From contig PBSN01000008.1 of the NCBI GenBank assembly GCA_002726235.1, positions 561,781 to 625,780 on the forward strand: a DNA stretch of 64,000 nt. The letters run 5' to 3'. Position 1 is the stretch's first letter. Each line of letters opens with the position of its first letter. A model generated the notes under the pieces. It was given only the letters and a program-made list of their open reading frames with translations, searched no databases and was not told where the DNA came from. Positions 52,204-62,340 of the stretch are shown one piece after another. Position numbers and translations under genes: made by a program. The DNA is from Nitrospiraceae bacterium. GTDB lineage: Bacteria > Nitrospirota > Nitrospiria > Nitrospirales > UBA2166.

Positions 52204-53610
52204 TCATGGAGTTGCTACAGCAACCTTTTTTTTTGCAAGATGAATTGCCTCACCAGAGACATCTTCGGCGGCCTCCATCAAACCTTCTGCCCACGTTGGA
52301 TGGGCATGGATTGTGGTGGCCAATGTTTTAGCAGTAGCGCCAAGTCGCATACCCAACGCGGCCTCGTGGATTAGGTCAGCAGCATGCGAGCCAACAATAT
52401 GTACACCAAGAAGGCGATCACTTTCAGCATCCGCGATAACCTTGAATAATCCAGTTGTCTCGCCCTGCGCATGCGCTTTTCCCAATCCAATAGGTCGAAA
52501 TCGGCCAATGCGAGTTTGTATTCCTCTTGTTTTCGCTTCCTCTTCAGTGATGCCTACTCGACCAATTTCAGGAACAGTAAAAATTCCTACAGGGATCACA
52601 TCATCGTTAATCTCTATCAGGTTGCCCATCATGTTTTCGACAGCCACTTTTCCATGATATGAGGCAACATGAGCTAGCATGGACTTACCAGTCACATCTC
52701 CAATCGCGTAAATCCCTGGCGCTGTTGTTTCTAAATATTCATTCACCGTAATCTCACCGCAATTCCCAACAGCAACGCCAGCATTCTCCAGCCCTAAACC
52801 CTGAGGGTTAATATGGCGACCGACTGAAACAAGAACTTTGTCTGTTACAATTGTCGTCCCATCAGAACATGTGACTTGAACATTTTCATCAGATTTTTCA
52901 ACCTCCACTACCTGGGTTCCCAAGTAAAGATCAATCCCTTGTTTCTTGAATACAGATTGAATCTGGGCGGATACCTCGGTATCTTCCGACGGCAATATCT
53001 GAGGTGCCATTTCGACCAAGCTCACTCGGCTCCCCAACCCTGCAAAGAGAGATGCAAACTCACATCCTTCCACGCCAGCTCCGACAATCAGAAGCGTTTT
53101 TGGAATATCAGTTGTATCCAAAAGCTCCTTGCTGGTGACAATGAATTCTCCATCGACTGGCAAATTTGGCAACGTTGTTGGTTGTGAACCAGTAGCAATG
53201 ACAATAGCATCCGCAATAACGGTATGTTCTTTTCCTTCAATTTCCACGATGCGTATCGTTCGTTGATCAAGAAGTTCAGCCCGCCCCTCAATGAGCTGTA
53301 CACCCCAAGACTTAAAAAGGGAACGAACACCGCTTGCAAGTGTGCTAACTATCTTGTTTTTTCGGTTAACCATTGCCTGAAGGTCTACCGAAATAGGCCC
53401 GGCAATCTGTATCCCAAATTCAGAGGCCAAGCAAACTTTGGTGAACACATCCCTACACGCCAACAAAGCCTTACTGGGAATACAGCCCCAATGAAGACAT
53501 ACCCCTCCAACCCATCCCTGCTCGACAACGGTCACATTCGCTCCAACCTGAGCAGCACGAATCGCAGCGACATACCCTCCAGGACCAGCACCGATAATGA
53601 CGACATGCAT
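52204..53610 (-). CDS. lpdA: Dihydrolipoyl dehydrogenase
   Basis: GAGPGGYVAA, GGVCLHWGCIPSK, GDV..MLAHVA, HAHPT. Confidence 0.96.
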   Translation of the reverse strand: MHVVIIGAGPGGYVAAIRAAQVGANVTVVEQGWVGGVCLHWGCIPSKALLACRDVFTKVCLASEFGIQIAGPISVDLQAMVNRKNKIVSTLASGVRSLFKSWGVQLIEGRAELLDQRTIRIVEIEGKEHTVIADAIVIATGSQPTTLPNLPVDGEFIVTSKELLDTTDIPKTLLIVGAGVEGCEFASLFAGLGSRVSLVEMAPQILPSEDTEVSAQIQSVFKKQGIDLYLGTQVVEVEKSDENVQVTCSDGTTIVTDKVLVSVGRHINPQGLGLENAGVAVGNCGEITVNEYLETTAPGIYAIGDVTGKSMLAHVASYHGKVAVENMMGNLIEINDDVIPVGIFTVPEIGRVGITEEEAKTRGIQTRIGRFRPIGLGKAHAQGETTGLFKVIADAESDRLLGVHIVGSHAADLIHEAALGMRLGATAKTLATTIHAHPTWAEGLMEAAEDVSGEAIHLAKKKVAVATP

Positions 53611-53616
53611 ACTGTA

Positions 53617-54009
53617 TCAGTCGTCGCCTTCTCCACGCACAAACGCCTCATAGGCTTTCGCATCCATTAGCTGGTCCAACTCTTCCTGAGTTTCAAGCAT
53701 GATCGAGACAATCCATCCCTCTCCATACGGATCATTGTTGACGAGATCTGGACGAGCGATCAATTGATCGTTGATCCGGAGAATGGTCCCATTCACAGGA
53801 CTATATATTGGAGAGGTCGCCTTGGTTGACTCCAGTTCTCCAATCTCATCCCCTCGGTGTACCTTCGCCCCAACTGCAGGAAATTCCACATAAACAATAT
53901 CGCCTAAAGACTCCTGCGCAAACTGACTAACGCCAACAATGCACCCACCACCATCGTCAACATTAACCCATTCATGATCTTTGGTATACAGGAATGTATC
54001 AGGGAACAT
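53617..54009 (-). CDS. gcvH: Glycine cleavage system H protein
   Basis: YTKDHEW, FAQESLGDIVYV, ESTKA lipoyl-Lys, NNDPYGEGW. Confidence 0.95.
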   Translation of the reverse strand: MFPDTFLYTKDHEWVNVDDGGGCIVGVSQFAQESLGDIVYVEFPAVGAKVHRGDEIGELESTKATSPIYSPVNGTILRINDQLIARPDLVNNDPYGEGWIVSIMLETQEELDQLMDAKAYEAFVRGEGDD

Positions 54010-55144
54010 TATGACCTCTAAACCCTAACCCAACTCCTTGCTGAAGTCCGAGAGATGTTTTGATGTTGAGCGCTTCCTTTGCTGTTGACCACATTGGCTT
54101 GCGACCAGAAACAAGGACGAATACCATAGCCGGATCGTCAAGAAGCTCTGTCATTTTCATCGCTGCTTGTCCAATAAATGGACTCACCTCACCATGCACT
54201 CCAGGTTCGGATACCGCAACGATAAAGCGGTCAAATAAACGTTGCCGCGCCTCCAAAAAATCTTCTGTGTACCCAACAAGCGCTTGTCGTGGGTTGAGCA
54301 TCGTGTCGGTATGCAATTCAATGCCAAATCTCGCTCTAGGTTGTTTCTGTCTTACCGCAGCCATCACACTGTCGAGAACACTCAGATACTCCCGATTCTT
54401 CCATCCTGCCCAACGCCAAAATTCAGGCGAAAATTGTCCTCTATCCTGTGCTACAGGAAGGCTCCTAGGCGCATTTTGTGTCCGCTGTCGATCGGCCGAG
54501 GTGAAAAGTTTCCGTGGGGATAGGCTATAGTGGAAATCACGTTGGAACCCCTCAAGCCCATAGTGACTAAATCCATCAAATGGTCCGGAAGGTGGATCAA
54601 AGCGAAACACAATCAGGTCAACACCTGCAGTTGCAAGACCAAGAGATGTCCTCTTAATTGATTCCTGAAATTCTGGGTGAAGAAGATCGGGAGATCCTGA
54701 CGGCCGGAGAACTCCACTATCGGAATTAAGGCGTATATCACTCCACCCTCGATGAGAGTTCCCTTCAAAAAGCTTCTCCCTGAGGTTGACCACTGCGTAT
54801 ACCCTTACCTGCTGTCGATGAGCCTCCCTAACAAGATCATTCCATTGAAGGTTGCTTCCGCGCTCAAACAAAGACCGTTGCAGGAATAGCGTGTTCGTTC
54901 CTTGACCCTTAGTGGAAGCAATCCACGACTGAAGGCTTGCCTTGGACCTCATGGCATCTCTAGGCAAGGAAACTTCCCACCCGAGTAGAGACCCAAACTG
55001 CCATGGCTCTACTGTCATTGAGCGTTCGTGTATGGGGAGAGGAATGGCTGAGTTGGAAATCTCAGACCGAACCTGCTTCCCTCCGACGACACAACCGGAG
55101 ACCATCACGGCAGCCACCGTCATCACGACAAAGGGTGCAAGCAA
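53999..55144 (-). CDS. Lipoprotein with probable glycoside-hydrolase-like TIM barrel (PgaB C-terminal/GHL13-like)
   Basis: Lipobox VSG|C; NTLFLQ, AHRQQVRVYAVV, DLLHPE, FWRWAGWK pattern. Family assignment is tentative. Confidence 0.55.
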   Translation of the reverse strand: MLAPFVVMTVAAVMVSGCVVGGKQVRSEISNSAIPLPIHERSMTVEPWQFGSLLGWEVSLPRDAMRSKASLQSWIASTKGQGTNTLFLQRSLFERGSNLQWNDLVREAHRQQVRVYAVVNLREKLFEGNSHRGWSDIRLNSDSGVLRPSGSPDLLHPEFQESIKRTSLGLATAGVDLIVFRFDPPSGPFDGFSHYGLEGFQRDFHYSLSPRKLFTSADRQRTQNAPRSLPVAQDRGQFSPEFWRWAGWKNREYLSVLDSVMAAVRQKQPRARFGIELHTDTMLNPRQALVGYTEDFLEARQRLFDRFIVAVSEPGVHGEVSPFIGQAAMKMTELLDDPAMVFVLVSGRKPMWSTAKEALNIKTSLGLQQGVGLGFRGHNVP

Positions 55145-55305
55145 GAGGTAAACCCGTTACCAAACACTAAGGCACAAATGCTTCATTCAGGTCACTCTCT
55201 GTTTTAGGACAGCGCGTGGCACTTAAACCCTCACCTACGCCTATATATGCTCCGATTCTGTGCTCCTCACGCCTTATCCTGGCCACAATTGAAAAACCTA
55301 AGTGG

Positions 55306-55734
55306 TTACTCAGTTCGCGAATATAAGTCACTGTCAGTAAAAAAGAACTCAATTTCTTTACCTGCCGTCTCCGGAGCATCAGATCCATGCACAACATTGA
55401 AGTCAATACTTGCCCCAAATGCCTTGCGAATTGTACCCTCAGCTGCCTTGGAAGGATCCGTCGCACCCATCAGATCGCGATGTCGAAGAATTGCTCCCTC
55501 TCCTTCAAGAGCCAAAACTACGATCGGACCCGACGACATAAACGAAGTGAGATCATTAAAAAAAGGTTGATTGCAATGAACTTGGTAAAACGCCTTAGCT
55601 TGCTCCTTAGTAAGTTGTGTCAAACGAATCGCGATGGGAATCAGCCCGCTTTGTTCATACCGGCGAATAATTTCACCGATCACTAGGCTTCGTACTCCGT
55701 CCGGCTTAATAATTGCCAATGTGCGTTCAAACAT
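55306..55734 (-). CDS. ndk: Nucleoside diphosphate kinase
   Basis: ERTLAIIKPDG, FMSSGP, GATDP, GTIR, NVVHGSD. Confidence 0.97.
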   Translation of the reverse strand: MFERTLAIIKPDGVRSLVIGEIIRRYEQSGLIPIAIRLTQLTKEQAKAFYQVHCNQPFFNDLTSFMSSGPIVVLALEGEGAILRHRDLMGATDPSKAAEGTIRKAFGASIDFNVVHGSDAPETAGKEIEFFFTDSDLYSRTE

Positions 55735-55784
55735 TTTGTGTGCCTACCTCTAGAATATTAGCGTGGAATACATAAAATCGAATT

Positions 55785-56819
55785 CTAGCACTCTAGCATT
55801 CCTCTGGCCAGATCATTCGGACGGAATATCCCACGTTCCGTAATGATCCCAGTGATCAATTCTGCTGGTGTCATGTCAAACGCGGGATTGTATATTTCGG
55901 TATGCTCTGGAGTGATACGCGTCATCCCAAGAACATTGGCAACTTCACCTATGTCTCGCTCTTCAATCGGAATACCATCACCATCGGGCATTGCAGGATC
56001 AATGGTTGATCGTGGAGCCGCCACATAAAATGGCACTCCATGTGCTCGCGCTAACACCGCTAGGCTGTATGTGCCTATTTTGTTCACTACATCTCCATTT
56101 GTTGCAACCCGATCGGCCCCAACAACACATACCTGAATGCAGCCCTTCCGCATAAGCGCTCCCGCCATGTTGTCCGTAATCAGCGTCACTGGAATTTTAT
56201 CCTGCTGTAGTTCCCACACCGTAAGCCGCGCACCCTGAAGTACAGGTCTTGTTTCTCCAGCAATCACAGAGATCTTCTTCCCTTCATCCCAAGCAGCACG
56301 GACAACGCCCAGTGCCGTCCCATACCCTCCGGTCGCCAAGGATCCCGCATTACAGTGCGTCATCACGGTCTGGCCTTTCGCCAATAACGTCGCACCATGC
56401 CGTCCAATTGCTCGATTCATTGCAACATCCTCTTCTAAAATCCGACACGCTTCGGCAACCAAATAGGCCTTGAGGTCGACAACAGAAGAATCTCGATGCG
56501 CATTCAAGACTGCCTTCATTTGGTTAAGTGCCCAAAATAGGTTCACCGCCGTCGGTCGCGTTGCTGCAAGGTGATCGCAGATCTCAAGAACGCCATTTGA
56601 AAAAGCGTCAAAGGTTTTTTCCTTGATCGTTTGCGCCCCAAGAGCAACTCCCATTGCTGCCGTAATCCCGATTGCCGGAGCCCCACGCACGCGAAGATCT
56701 TTGATCGCCTGAGCGACCACTCGATAATCATCGCAATCAAGAAAGGTTACGGAATGAGGCAACGCCTGCTGATCCAGCAGGCGCACACATCCATCTTTCC
56801 ATTCAATAGGGGAAATCAT
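55785..56819 (-). CDS. mtnA: S-methyl-5-thioribose-1-phosphate isomerase
   Basis: VRGAPAIG, RPTAVNL, THCNAGSLAT, ETRPVLQGARLT, NKIGTY, NPAFD. Confidence 0.96.
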   Translation of the reverse strand: MISPIEWKDGCVRLLDQQALPHSVTFLDCDDYRVVAQAIKDLRVRGAPAIGITAAMGVALGAQTIKEKTFDAFSNGVLEICDHLAATRPTAVNLFWALNQMKAVLNAHRDSSVVDLKAYLVAEACRILEEDVAMNRAIGRHGATLLAKGQTVMTHCNAGSLATGGYGTALGVVRAAWDEGKKISVIAGETRPVLQGARLTVWELQQDKIPVTLITDNMAGALMRKGCIQVCVVGADRVATNGDVVNKIGTYSLAVLARAHGVPFYVAAPRSTIDPAMPDGDGIPIEERDIGEVANVLGMTRITPEHTEIYNPAFDMTPAELITGIITERGIFRPNDLARGMLEC

Positions 56820-57418
56820 TGCTTGATCATGACTTGTAAGATGACTTTTGCTTTTCGAAGTGCGATTGCTCTGTGACTCATCGAATTTTTCTCTTCAGCA
56901 CTCAATTGAGCCATGGTTTTCCCAAGCGAAGGAATAAAAAATATTGGATCGTACCCGAAGCCATTATCCCCCATTGGGCGTTCTGCAATCATCCCTTCCA
57001 GGGTACCATCAGCAACATGTACTTCGGACCCAGGTCGCGCAACCGCAGCAACAGTAATAAACAACGCCTGACGACATTCCCGCGGAACTCCTTCCATCTC
57101 GTGAAGCACTTTACGCCAGTTATCCTCGTAACTTGCTCCTAGGCCAGCATAGCGGGCCGCAAATACCCCGGGACGACCTCCAAGCGCCTTAACCTGCAAC
57201 CCCGTATCGTCCGCAAGAGACATGTGTCCCGTATACCGTGCAATCTCGGTCGCTTTTTTCACCGCATTCGCCTCACATGTCTCCCCATCCTCCACAACGT
57301 CAGGCGCACCAGGAAATTCCTCCAACGTCCGCAAGCAAATACCAAGCTCTGCGAGGAGAGATGATAACTCGTCTTTTTTATCTTGATTTCTAGTCGCGAG
57401 AACTAGGGAGCCAATCAT
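56816..57418 (-). CDS. rdgB: dITP/XTP pyrophosphatase (Ham1)
   Basis: ATRNQDK, ADDTGL, GRPGV, GFGYDPIF, SHRA. Confidence 0.93.
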   Translation of the reverse strand: MIGSLVLATRNQDKKDELSSLLAELGICLRTLEEFPGAPDVVEDGETCEANAVKKATEIARYTGHMSLADDTGLQVKALGGRPGVFAARYAGLGASYEDNWRKVLHEMEGVPRECRQALFITVAAVARPGSEVHVADGTLEGMIAERPMGDNGFGYDPIFFIPSLGKTMAQLSAEEKNSMSHRAIALRKAKVILQVMIKQ

Positions 57419-57485
57419 GCAAACACTGGTCGCATACCAGTGTCACCACTGTTCACTCGACAAAGGGCCGTAGCGTGTTGCACCG

Positions 57486-58271
57486 TCACGGATTCACCAT
57501 TGATTTATCAGGAGAATCCAAGTCTGAGACCGTCGAGTCAGGAGAGGGAGCCTCAAACGCGCCATCACCTCCGCCGAGAATACTAACCTTTGATGATGCT
57601 TCGCTCAAGTAGATCGAGTATGGATACCCTTTAAGGAGTTCCTGATATCGTGCCATAGCGGCCTCTGACTGGTTCTGCTGCTCCCCTAAACTCCCAAGCT
57701 CAAGTAACGCAAGATCCTTATTTGGCGCCTTATCAATTGTCAGAATCGTTTCGAAGACACGCTCCGCACTTTGAAAATCCCCTTGTTCAAGATGCGCATA
57801 TGCCAATCGTTGGCGCACAAGAGCATTCAATGGCCCTTGAGATGGATATTTTTCGAGGAACCGCTGATACGTCACAATGGCACCCTCATGATCACCAAGA
57901 ACCGCCAATGCATTGGCAAGGAGATGCATCGCTGGGGGTGCGCTTGAAGTTTCGGGGTAATCCTCAACTACGGATCGAAACAGCTCAACGGCTTGACGCA
58001 CATGTGACAGAGCTGCATCCGTATCGCTCAATGGGCGATTCATATACAACTGCGTGGCTTGCTGAAGTTGGTCTTGCGCCGTCTGTGCAGCCTGCACGTT
58101 CATAAAATAGATTCCACCGGCCACGGCCGCCACCACAATCACACTCCCAATAAACACCCACAACCCCTTCGCGTATACACCCATATCACGCCGCATACGC
58201 GCCATGGATTCCATCACATGACGTTCGTCTGGAACATTTATTGTTCTTATGGTTTTGATCTTAAACGCCAT
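57486..58271 (-). CDS. Membrane-anchored tetratricopeptide repeat protein (YfgM-like)
   Basis: N-terminal TM followed by TPR helices (FRSVVEDYP, YQRFLEKYP, YQELLKGYP). Confidence 0.8.
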   Translation of the reverse strand: MAFKIKTIRTINVPDERHVMESMARMRRDMGVYAKGLWVFIGSVIVVAAVAGGIYFMNVQAAQTAQDQLQQATQLYMNRPLSDTDAALSHVRQAVELFRSVVEDYPETSSAPPAMHLLANALAVLGDHEGAIVTYQRFLEKYPSQGPLNALVRQRLAYAHLEQGDFQSAERVFETILTIDKAPNKDLALLELGSLGEQQNQSEAAMARYQELLKGYPYSIYLSEASSKVSILGGGDGAFEAPSPDSTVSDLDSPDKSMVNP

Positions 58272-58374
58272 TAATCCCTCACCCTTGCAAAATCTGTAAA
58301 TTGCCTCTTCGAAGTAATCGTGGTATTACGTCATAGCGGCTGACACTTGTCAAGCATCTCCCATTCACGAAAAT

Positions 58375-59553
58375 ATGTTTACACAGTCCCTGACCAATCT
58401 TCAGGAAGCCTATCTGCTCCGAACACTCCACCGAACTGAGTCTGCCCAGGATGCTGAGATCACCATCAAAGGAAAGACTATCATCCTATTCTCATCCAAC
58501 AACTATCTTGGCCTCGCTAATCATCGAAAACTTAAAGAAGCCGCCATTACCGCCATTAAACAGTACGGATTTGGTTCCGGGGCGTCGCGATTGCTTTCTG
58601 GAACCATGAGTCTACACGAACAACTTGAAGCTCGCCTCGCATCCTTTGCAAAAACAGCCGCTGCTCTCACGTTTAACTCAGGATATCATGCGAACCTCGG
58701 TCTAATTCAAACGTTGGTCGAAGAACTCCAACCACATTGTCTCGTACTTGCAGACCGTGCATGCCATGCAAGTCTCATCGATGCTATTCGGCTTACAAAA
58801 GCCCGCCTCAAAGTGTACCAACACCAGAACACCGAACAACTTGAACGGCTTCTCTCAACACATGCCGTAACCGAAGCCAGAAACAGTCTTGTCGTCACCG
58901 AAGGAGTCTTCAGTATGGATGGAGATATCACTCCGCTACCGAAACTACTCACATGTATCGAGAAATCCTCAGCGATGTTGCTCGTTGATGATGCTCATGG
59001 AATTGGCGTTATGGGATCCACTGGACGTGGGACTATCGAACACTTTGATCTTGAAACAAAGATTCCTATTCGCATGGGAACACTCGGCAAAGCACTAGGA
59101 TGCGTGGGAGCCTTCGTAGCTGGACCGCATGATCTCATACAGCTCCTCATCAACCGTGCCCGGTCATTCATCTACACAACCGCTCCACCTCCAGCCTTTG
59201 CGGCAGCCGCACTTGCTGCCTTAACGATTCTAGAAACTGAGCCAGAACGCAGGGAAAAATTATGGTGGAACCGAGATTACATGCTCTCAAATCTAAAATC
59301 CCTTGGATACAACACCATGCACACCGAAAGCCCAATTCTCCCAGTACTGATTGGTGATCCCTCACGTACACTTCAATTCTCACAGCGACTCTTTGCACGC
59401 GGCATCTATGCCCCAGCCATTCGTCCACCAACAGTCCCTCGGGGAACAAGCCGGCTACGGATAAGTATGATGGCAACCCACCAACAATCCCAGCTGGATT
59501 ATGCCTTAGACGTCTTTAGAGACGTGGGTCGGTCGTTAGGAATTATTGCTTGA
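58375..59553 (+). CDS. bioF: 8-amino-7-oxononanoate synthase
   Basis: FSSNNYLGL, GSGASRLLSG, HASLIDA, EGVFSMDGD, DDAHG, GTLGKA, AIRPPTVP..TSRLR. Confidence 0.9.
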   Translation: MFTQSLTNLQEAYLLRTLHRTESAQDAEITIKGKTIILFSSNNYLGLANHRKLKEAAITAIKQYGFGSGASRLLSGTMSLHEQLEARLASFAKTAAALTFNSGYHANLGLIQTLVEELQPHCLVLADRACHASLIDAIRLTKARLKVYQHQNTEQLERLLSTHAVTEARNSLVVTEGVFSMDGDITPLPKLLTCIEKSSAMLLVDDAHGIGVMGSTGRGTIEHFDLETKIPIRMGTLGKALGCVGAFVAGPHDLIQLLINRARSFIYTTAPPPAFAAAALAALTILETEPERREKLWWNRDYMLSNLKSLGYNTMHTESPILPVLIGDPSRTLQFSQRLFARGIYAPAIRPPTVPRGTSRLRISMMATHQQSQLDYALDVFRDVGRSLGIIA

Positions 59554-60406
59554 CGGAAAAGTTTACGACTGGATCGAATATCGTGGGAGGGGAAATATGA
59601 GGTCCCATGCTAAATTCAGCAATTCTAAATTCCTCTAATTCCTCAGTGACCACTGTGGTATGCATGGTGACACCGCCTATCACCGGCATATTAACCGTTT
59701 CAATAGATTTAATCAGACCAACATGAGGAGCAAACCAACTGATCAACTTATCCTTCGTTACAATAACCTCACCATTCGATGACATTGTAACGGTCAGTTC
59801 CATCTTCCCGTTCAGCCTTAGTACATTCTGAAACGTCCCCGCTAACACCGAAAGGGTTTCCAACGACCCAACGGTTATTTCGGCAAACGCATCAACATGC
59901 TCGTTAATACCATCTCCATCTATGTCTTGAAACAAGTCACCATCTTTTAAGTTGAATTGTCGAAGGGTTTGTTGTTCAAGCAACGGAAATCTGACCACCG
60001 GATACGGGGTAAGTTGTTGTTCAAATAAATCATGAGGATGACTGCCATGATATATCACACCCTCATCCCCAACATGATAGTAGCTTTCCCTCTCACCCCT
60101 ATTGCTAGGATTGGTTTCGATAAAAACAATCACACGCTGACCATCCTTCTGCATCGTCTTGACCGCAGTTGCGCTGTTCATGTAAACGGCAATATTGGTA
60201 GCGGTGAGTTGTACTTCCCTCTTATGTTCTGTTCCCTGATAATGCCACACGCTTCCAATTGGAGCAGAAAAATATGACTCTGGGTTGGCAATAGGAGTTG
60301 GAGCCGTTGGGATCGGCACAAACCCGACATTGAACATGCCACACACCACTACCACTAGGCTATCCAGCATGCGGAACCTGACTTTCATTAGCTCCATCAA
60401 CAACAT
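59543..60406 (-). CDS. Exported hypothetical protein with DxDGDG Ca-binding-like loop
   Basis: N-terminal hydrophobic segment, GSVWHY, QDIDGDGINE, VLAGTF, WFAPHVGLIK. Start uncertain. Confidence 0.7.
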   Translation of the reverse strand: MLLMELMKVRFRMLDSLVVVVCGMFNVGFVPIPTAPTPIANPESYFSAPIGSVWHYQGTEHKREVQLTATNIAVYMNSATAVKTMQKDGQRVIVFIETNPSNRGERESYYHVGDEGVIYHGSHPHDLFEQQLTPYPVVRFPLLEQQTLRQFNLKDGDLFQDIDGDGINEHVDAFAEITVGSLETLSVLAGTFQNVLRLNGKMELTVTMSSNGEVIVTKDKLISWFAPHVGLIKSIETVNMPVIGGVTMHTTVVTEELEEFRIAEFSMGPHISPPTIFDPVVNFSVKQ

Positions 60407-60637
60407 CGCCTATCCCAGATCGGGCCAAAACCGTAGCATATCATCGTCCACCTCTCAAGCTCTTGCGCGACTCTTTTTCCAACAATAAGGTAGTATGTAG
60501 CCGTGATGCCACACACTACATCCACTCTACCACACGCTTTGATCAACCTCTATAGACCGTCTCAAAACTCAGAAGGTAGTTCCCAATCGCATCCACTCAC
60601 AACACAATGATATGCTGTGGTCAGATAAAACATACAC

Positions 60638-60897
60638 TAACAGACTGTTGAAAAACTCAAAACGTTTCGCATTTCACGTGTATGCCGGAAACCCTGACCG
60701 GCAATACACAATCTGCAGGATAGTCAAAAAACGTGTCTATCCCTGCCTGAGTATCTCAAAGGAAATGGCACAAGCCATTGTGCATCCACAACATACAGAG
60801 GCTATTGGAGAAGAGTACGTGAGGGGGCAATGGGAAAAGAACGCCGATGGCGGCCATTTCGAAAAGACTCAGGGCATGTTTTTTCAACATCCCGCTA
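60638..60897. mobile_element. MITE-like element with imperfect terminal inverted repeats and TA ends
   Basis: Left end taacagacTGTTGAAAAA; right end read on the minus strand tagcgggaTGTTGAAAAA (14/18 identical); no transposase inside. Confidence 0.55.
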
Positions 60898-60936
60898 ATG
60901 AAATGACAGCCACCCTCCCACATAGCATCGTACGCA

Positions 60937-62328
60937 TTGAGACACCTTAAACTACATCGCTGGTTTACAACAGGCCCACTCCAGCTAATCTTCAAGAACG
61001 CTGGAATCCTGCTCAGTGGAAGATCAGTCGCGGGATTATGCAACCTCGGTTCTCTCGCCCTCGCAGCGCGTACTCTTGGCCCTGAGGTTTTTGGCACCCT
61101 CGTTCTCATCCATACTGTCATTCGGTTGATCACAGGCATTGCAAAATTCCAGTCTTGGCAGGCTGTCATCCGGTACGGAGCAGTAAGTCTACAGGCCAAG
61201 AAACATCAGGATTTTCATAGGCTGATTATCTTCACAGTACTGCTCGATGCGGCAAGCGCACTGCTCGGAGCAATGATAGCAATCCTTGCAGCACCACTTA
61301 TTGCGCCATATCTCGGATGGAGTTATGACGTGACATCCATGGCAATGCTTTACGGCACTGTCATTCTGTTCAGCATCACTGCCACACCAACAGGAATTCT
61401 TCGTCTCTTTAACCGCTTCGACCTTCTGTCGATCCACGCAATCATCTCACCAGGAATCCGCTTAATCGGGGGAAGCATTCTCTACTTTTACAGTGTCGGT
61501 TTATGGGGATTCTTATCCATATGGTTCATCGCGAGTGTTGTCAGCGGAATCACACTTGTCGTCATGGGCTGGTGGGAACTACGCAAGCGTGAACTTATCC
61601 CTCCGAGAAGTCTTTCCTTCCATAACCTCACTCAACCGCACTCCGGACTGTGGCGATTCGTCTTTGCAACGAATATCCAAAGTTCATTGGATCTTACGAC
61701 CGGACATCTCACGACATTGATGGTCGGCTGGGTCCTTGGACCAACTGCTGCTGGGCTGTTCAGAATTGCGAAGGAACTGTCTACCGTGCTCTCCAGAGCC
61801 GGCGGACTCTTGGCGGAATCAACGTATCCAGAGTTGGCAAAGCTATCCACTCAAAAGCAAAACAAGACTTTCCGGCGCGTGGTCTTTCGGTCCGGACTTG
61901 TCGCAGGAAGCGGTGCAACCATGATTTTTTTCAGCATGATCCTTCTTGGCGAACTGCTTCTCCGATTGACCGTAGGAATTGAATTTGTTGCTGCCTATCC
62001 ACTCCTTCTTCTCCTCATCTTTGCCGAAACAATTGGAGCATTTGGATTTGGCCTCAATTCAGCTATGTATGCTATTGGCCGTCCTGGCATTCCATTGAAG
62101 GTCAATATCACCACAACCGCACTCTACCTTCCTTTACTTTTCTTTTTGGTGACACAGGTGAACATAATCGGCGCTGGAATTGCTTTCATCGTATTTCTAG
62201 CAGCGAGATTCGTCGCAATGGCAACGATCACGACACGGCTTCTTTCTCGAGTCGATACAACGCCACCCGTAAATACCCAAGGCTCCGCCACATTGCATGA
62301 CTCCACGCCAACTGGCAAAGGGATGTGA
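60937..62328 (+). CDS. Wzx/MOP-family flippase-like membrane protein
   Basis: ARTLGPEVFG, FQSWQAVIRYG, GILRLFNRFD, LGPTAAGLFRIA, YPELAKL; 12-14 TM segments. Confidence 0.82.
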   Translation: MRHLKLHRWFTTGPLQLIFKNAGILLSGRSVAGLCNLGSLALAARTLGPEVFGTLVLIHTVIRLITGIAKFQSWQAVIRYGAVSLQAKKHQDFHRLIIFTVLLDAASALLGAMIAILAAPLIAPYLGWSYDVTSMAMLYGTVILFSITATPTGILRLFNRFDLLSIHAIISPGIRLIGGSILYFYSVGLWGFLSIWFIASVVSGITLVVMGWWELRKRELIPPRSLSFHNLTQPHSGLWRFVFATNIQSSLDLTTGHLTTLMVGWVLGPTAAGLFRIAKELSTVLSRAGGLLAESTYPELAKLSTQKQNKTFRRVVFRSGLVAGSGATMIFFSMILLGELLLRLTVGIEFVAAYPLLLLLIFAETIGAFGFGLNSAMYAIGRPGIPLKVNITTTALYLPLLFFLVTQVNIIGAGIAFIVFLAARFVAMATITTRLLSRVDTTPPVNTQGSATLHDSTPTGKGM

Positions 62329-62340
62329 TGGTGGAAATTG

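Noticed and set aside
55167-55686. Several ORFs overlapping ndk
   Set aside because: They are alternative-frame or antisense shadows of a well-supported gene.
58272-58374. BirA operator upstream of bioF
   Set aside because: Only a short TGACA-ct-TGTCA palindrome is present; the spacing does not fit the BirA site.
60612-60950. 112-aa ORF as a transposase
   Set aside because: No DDE or HUH motif; it simply spans the MITE-like element.
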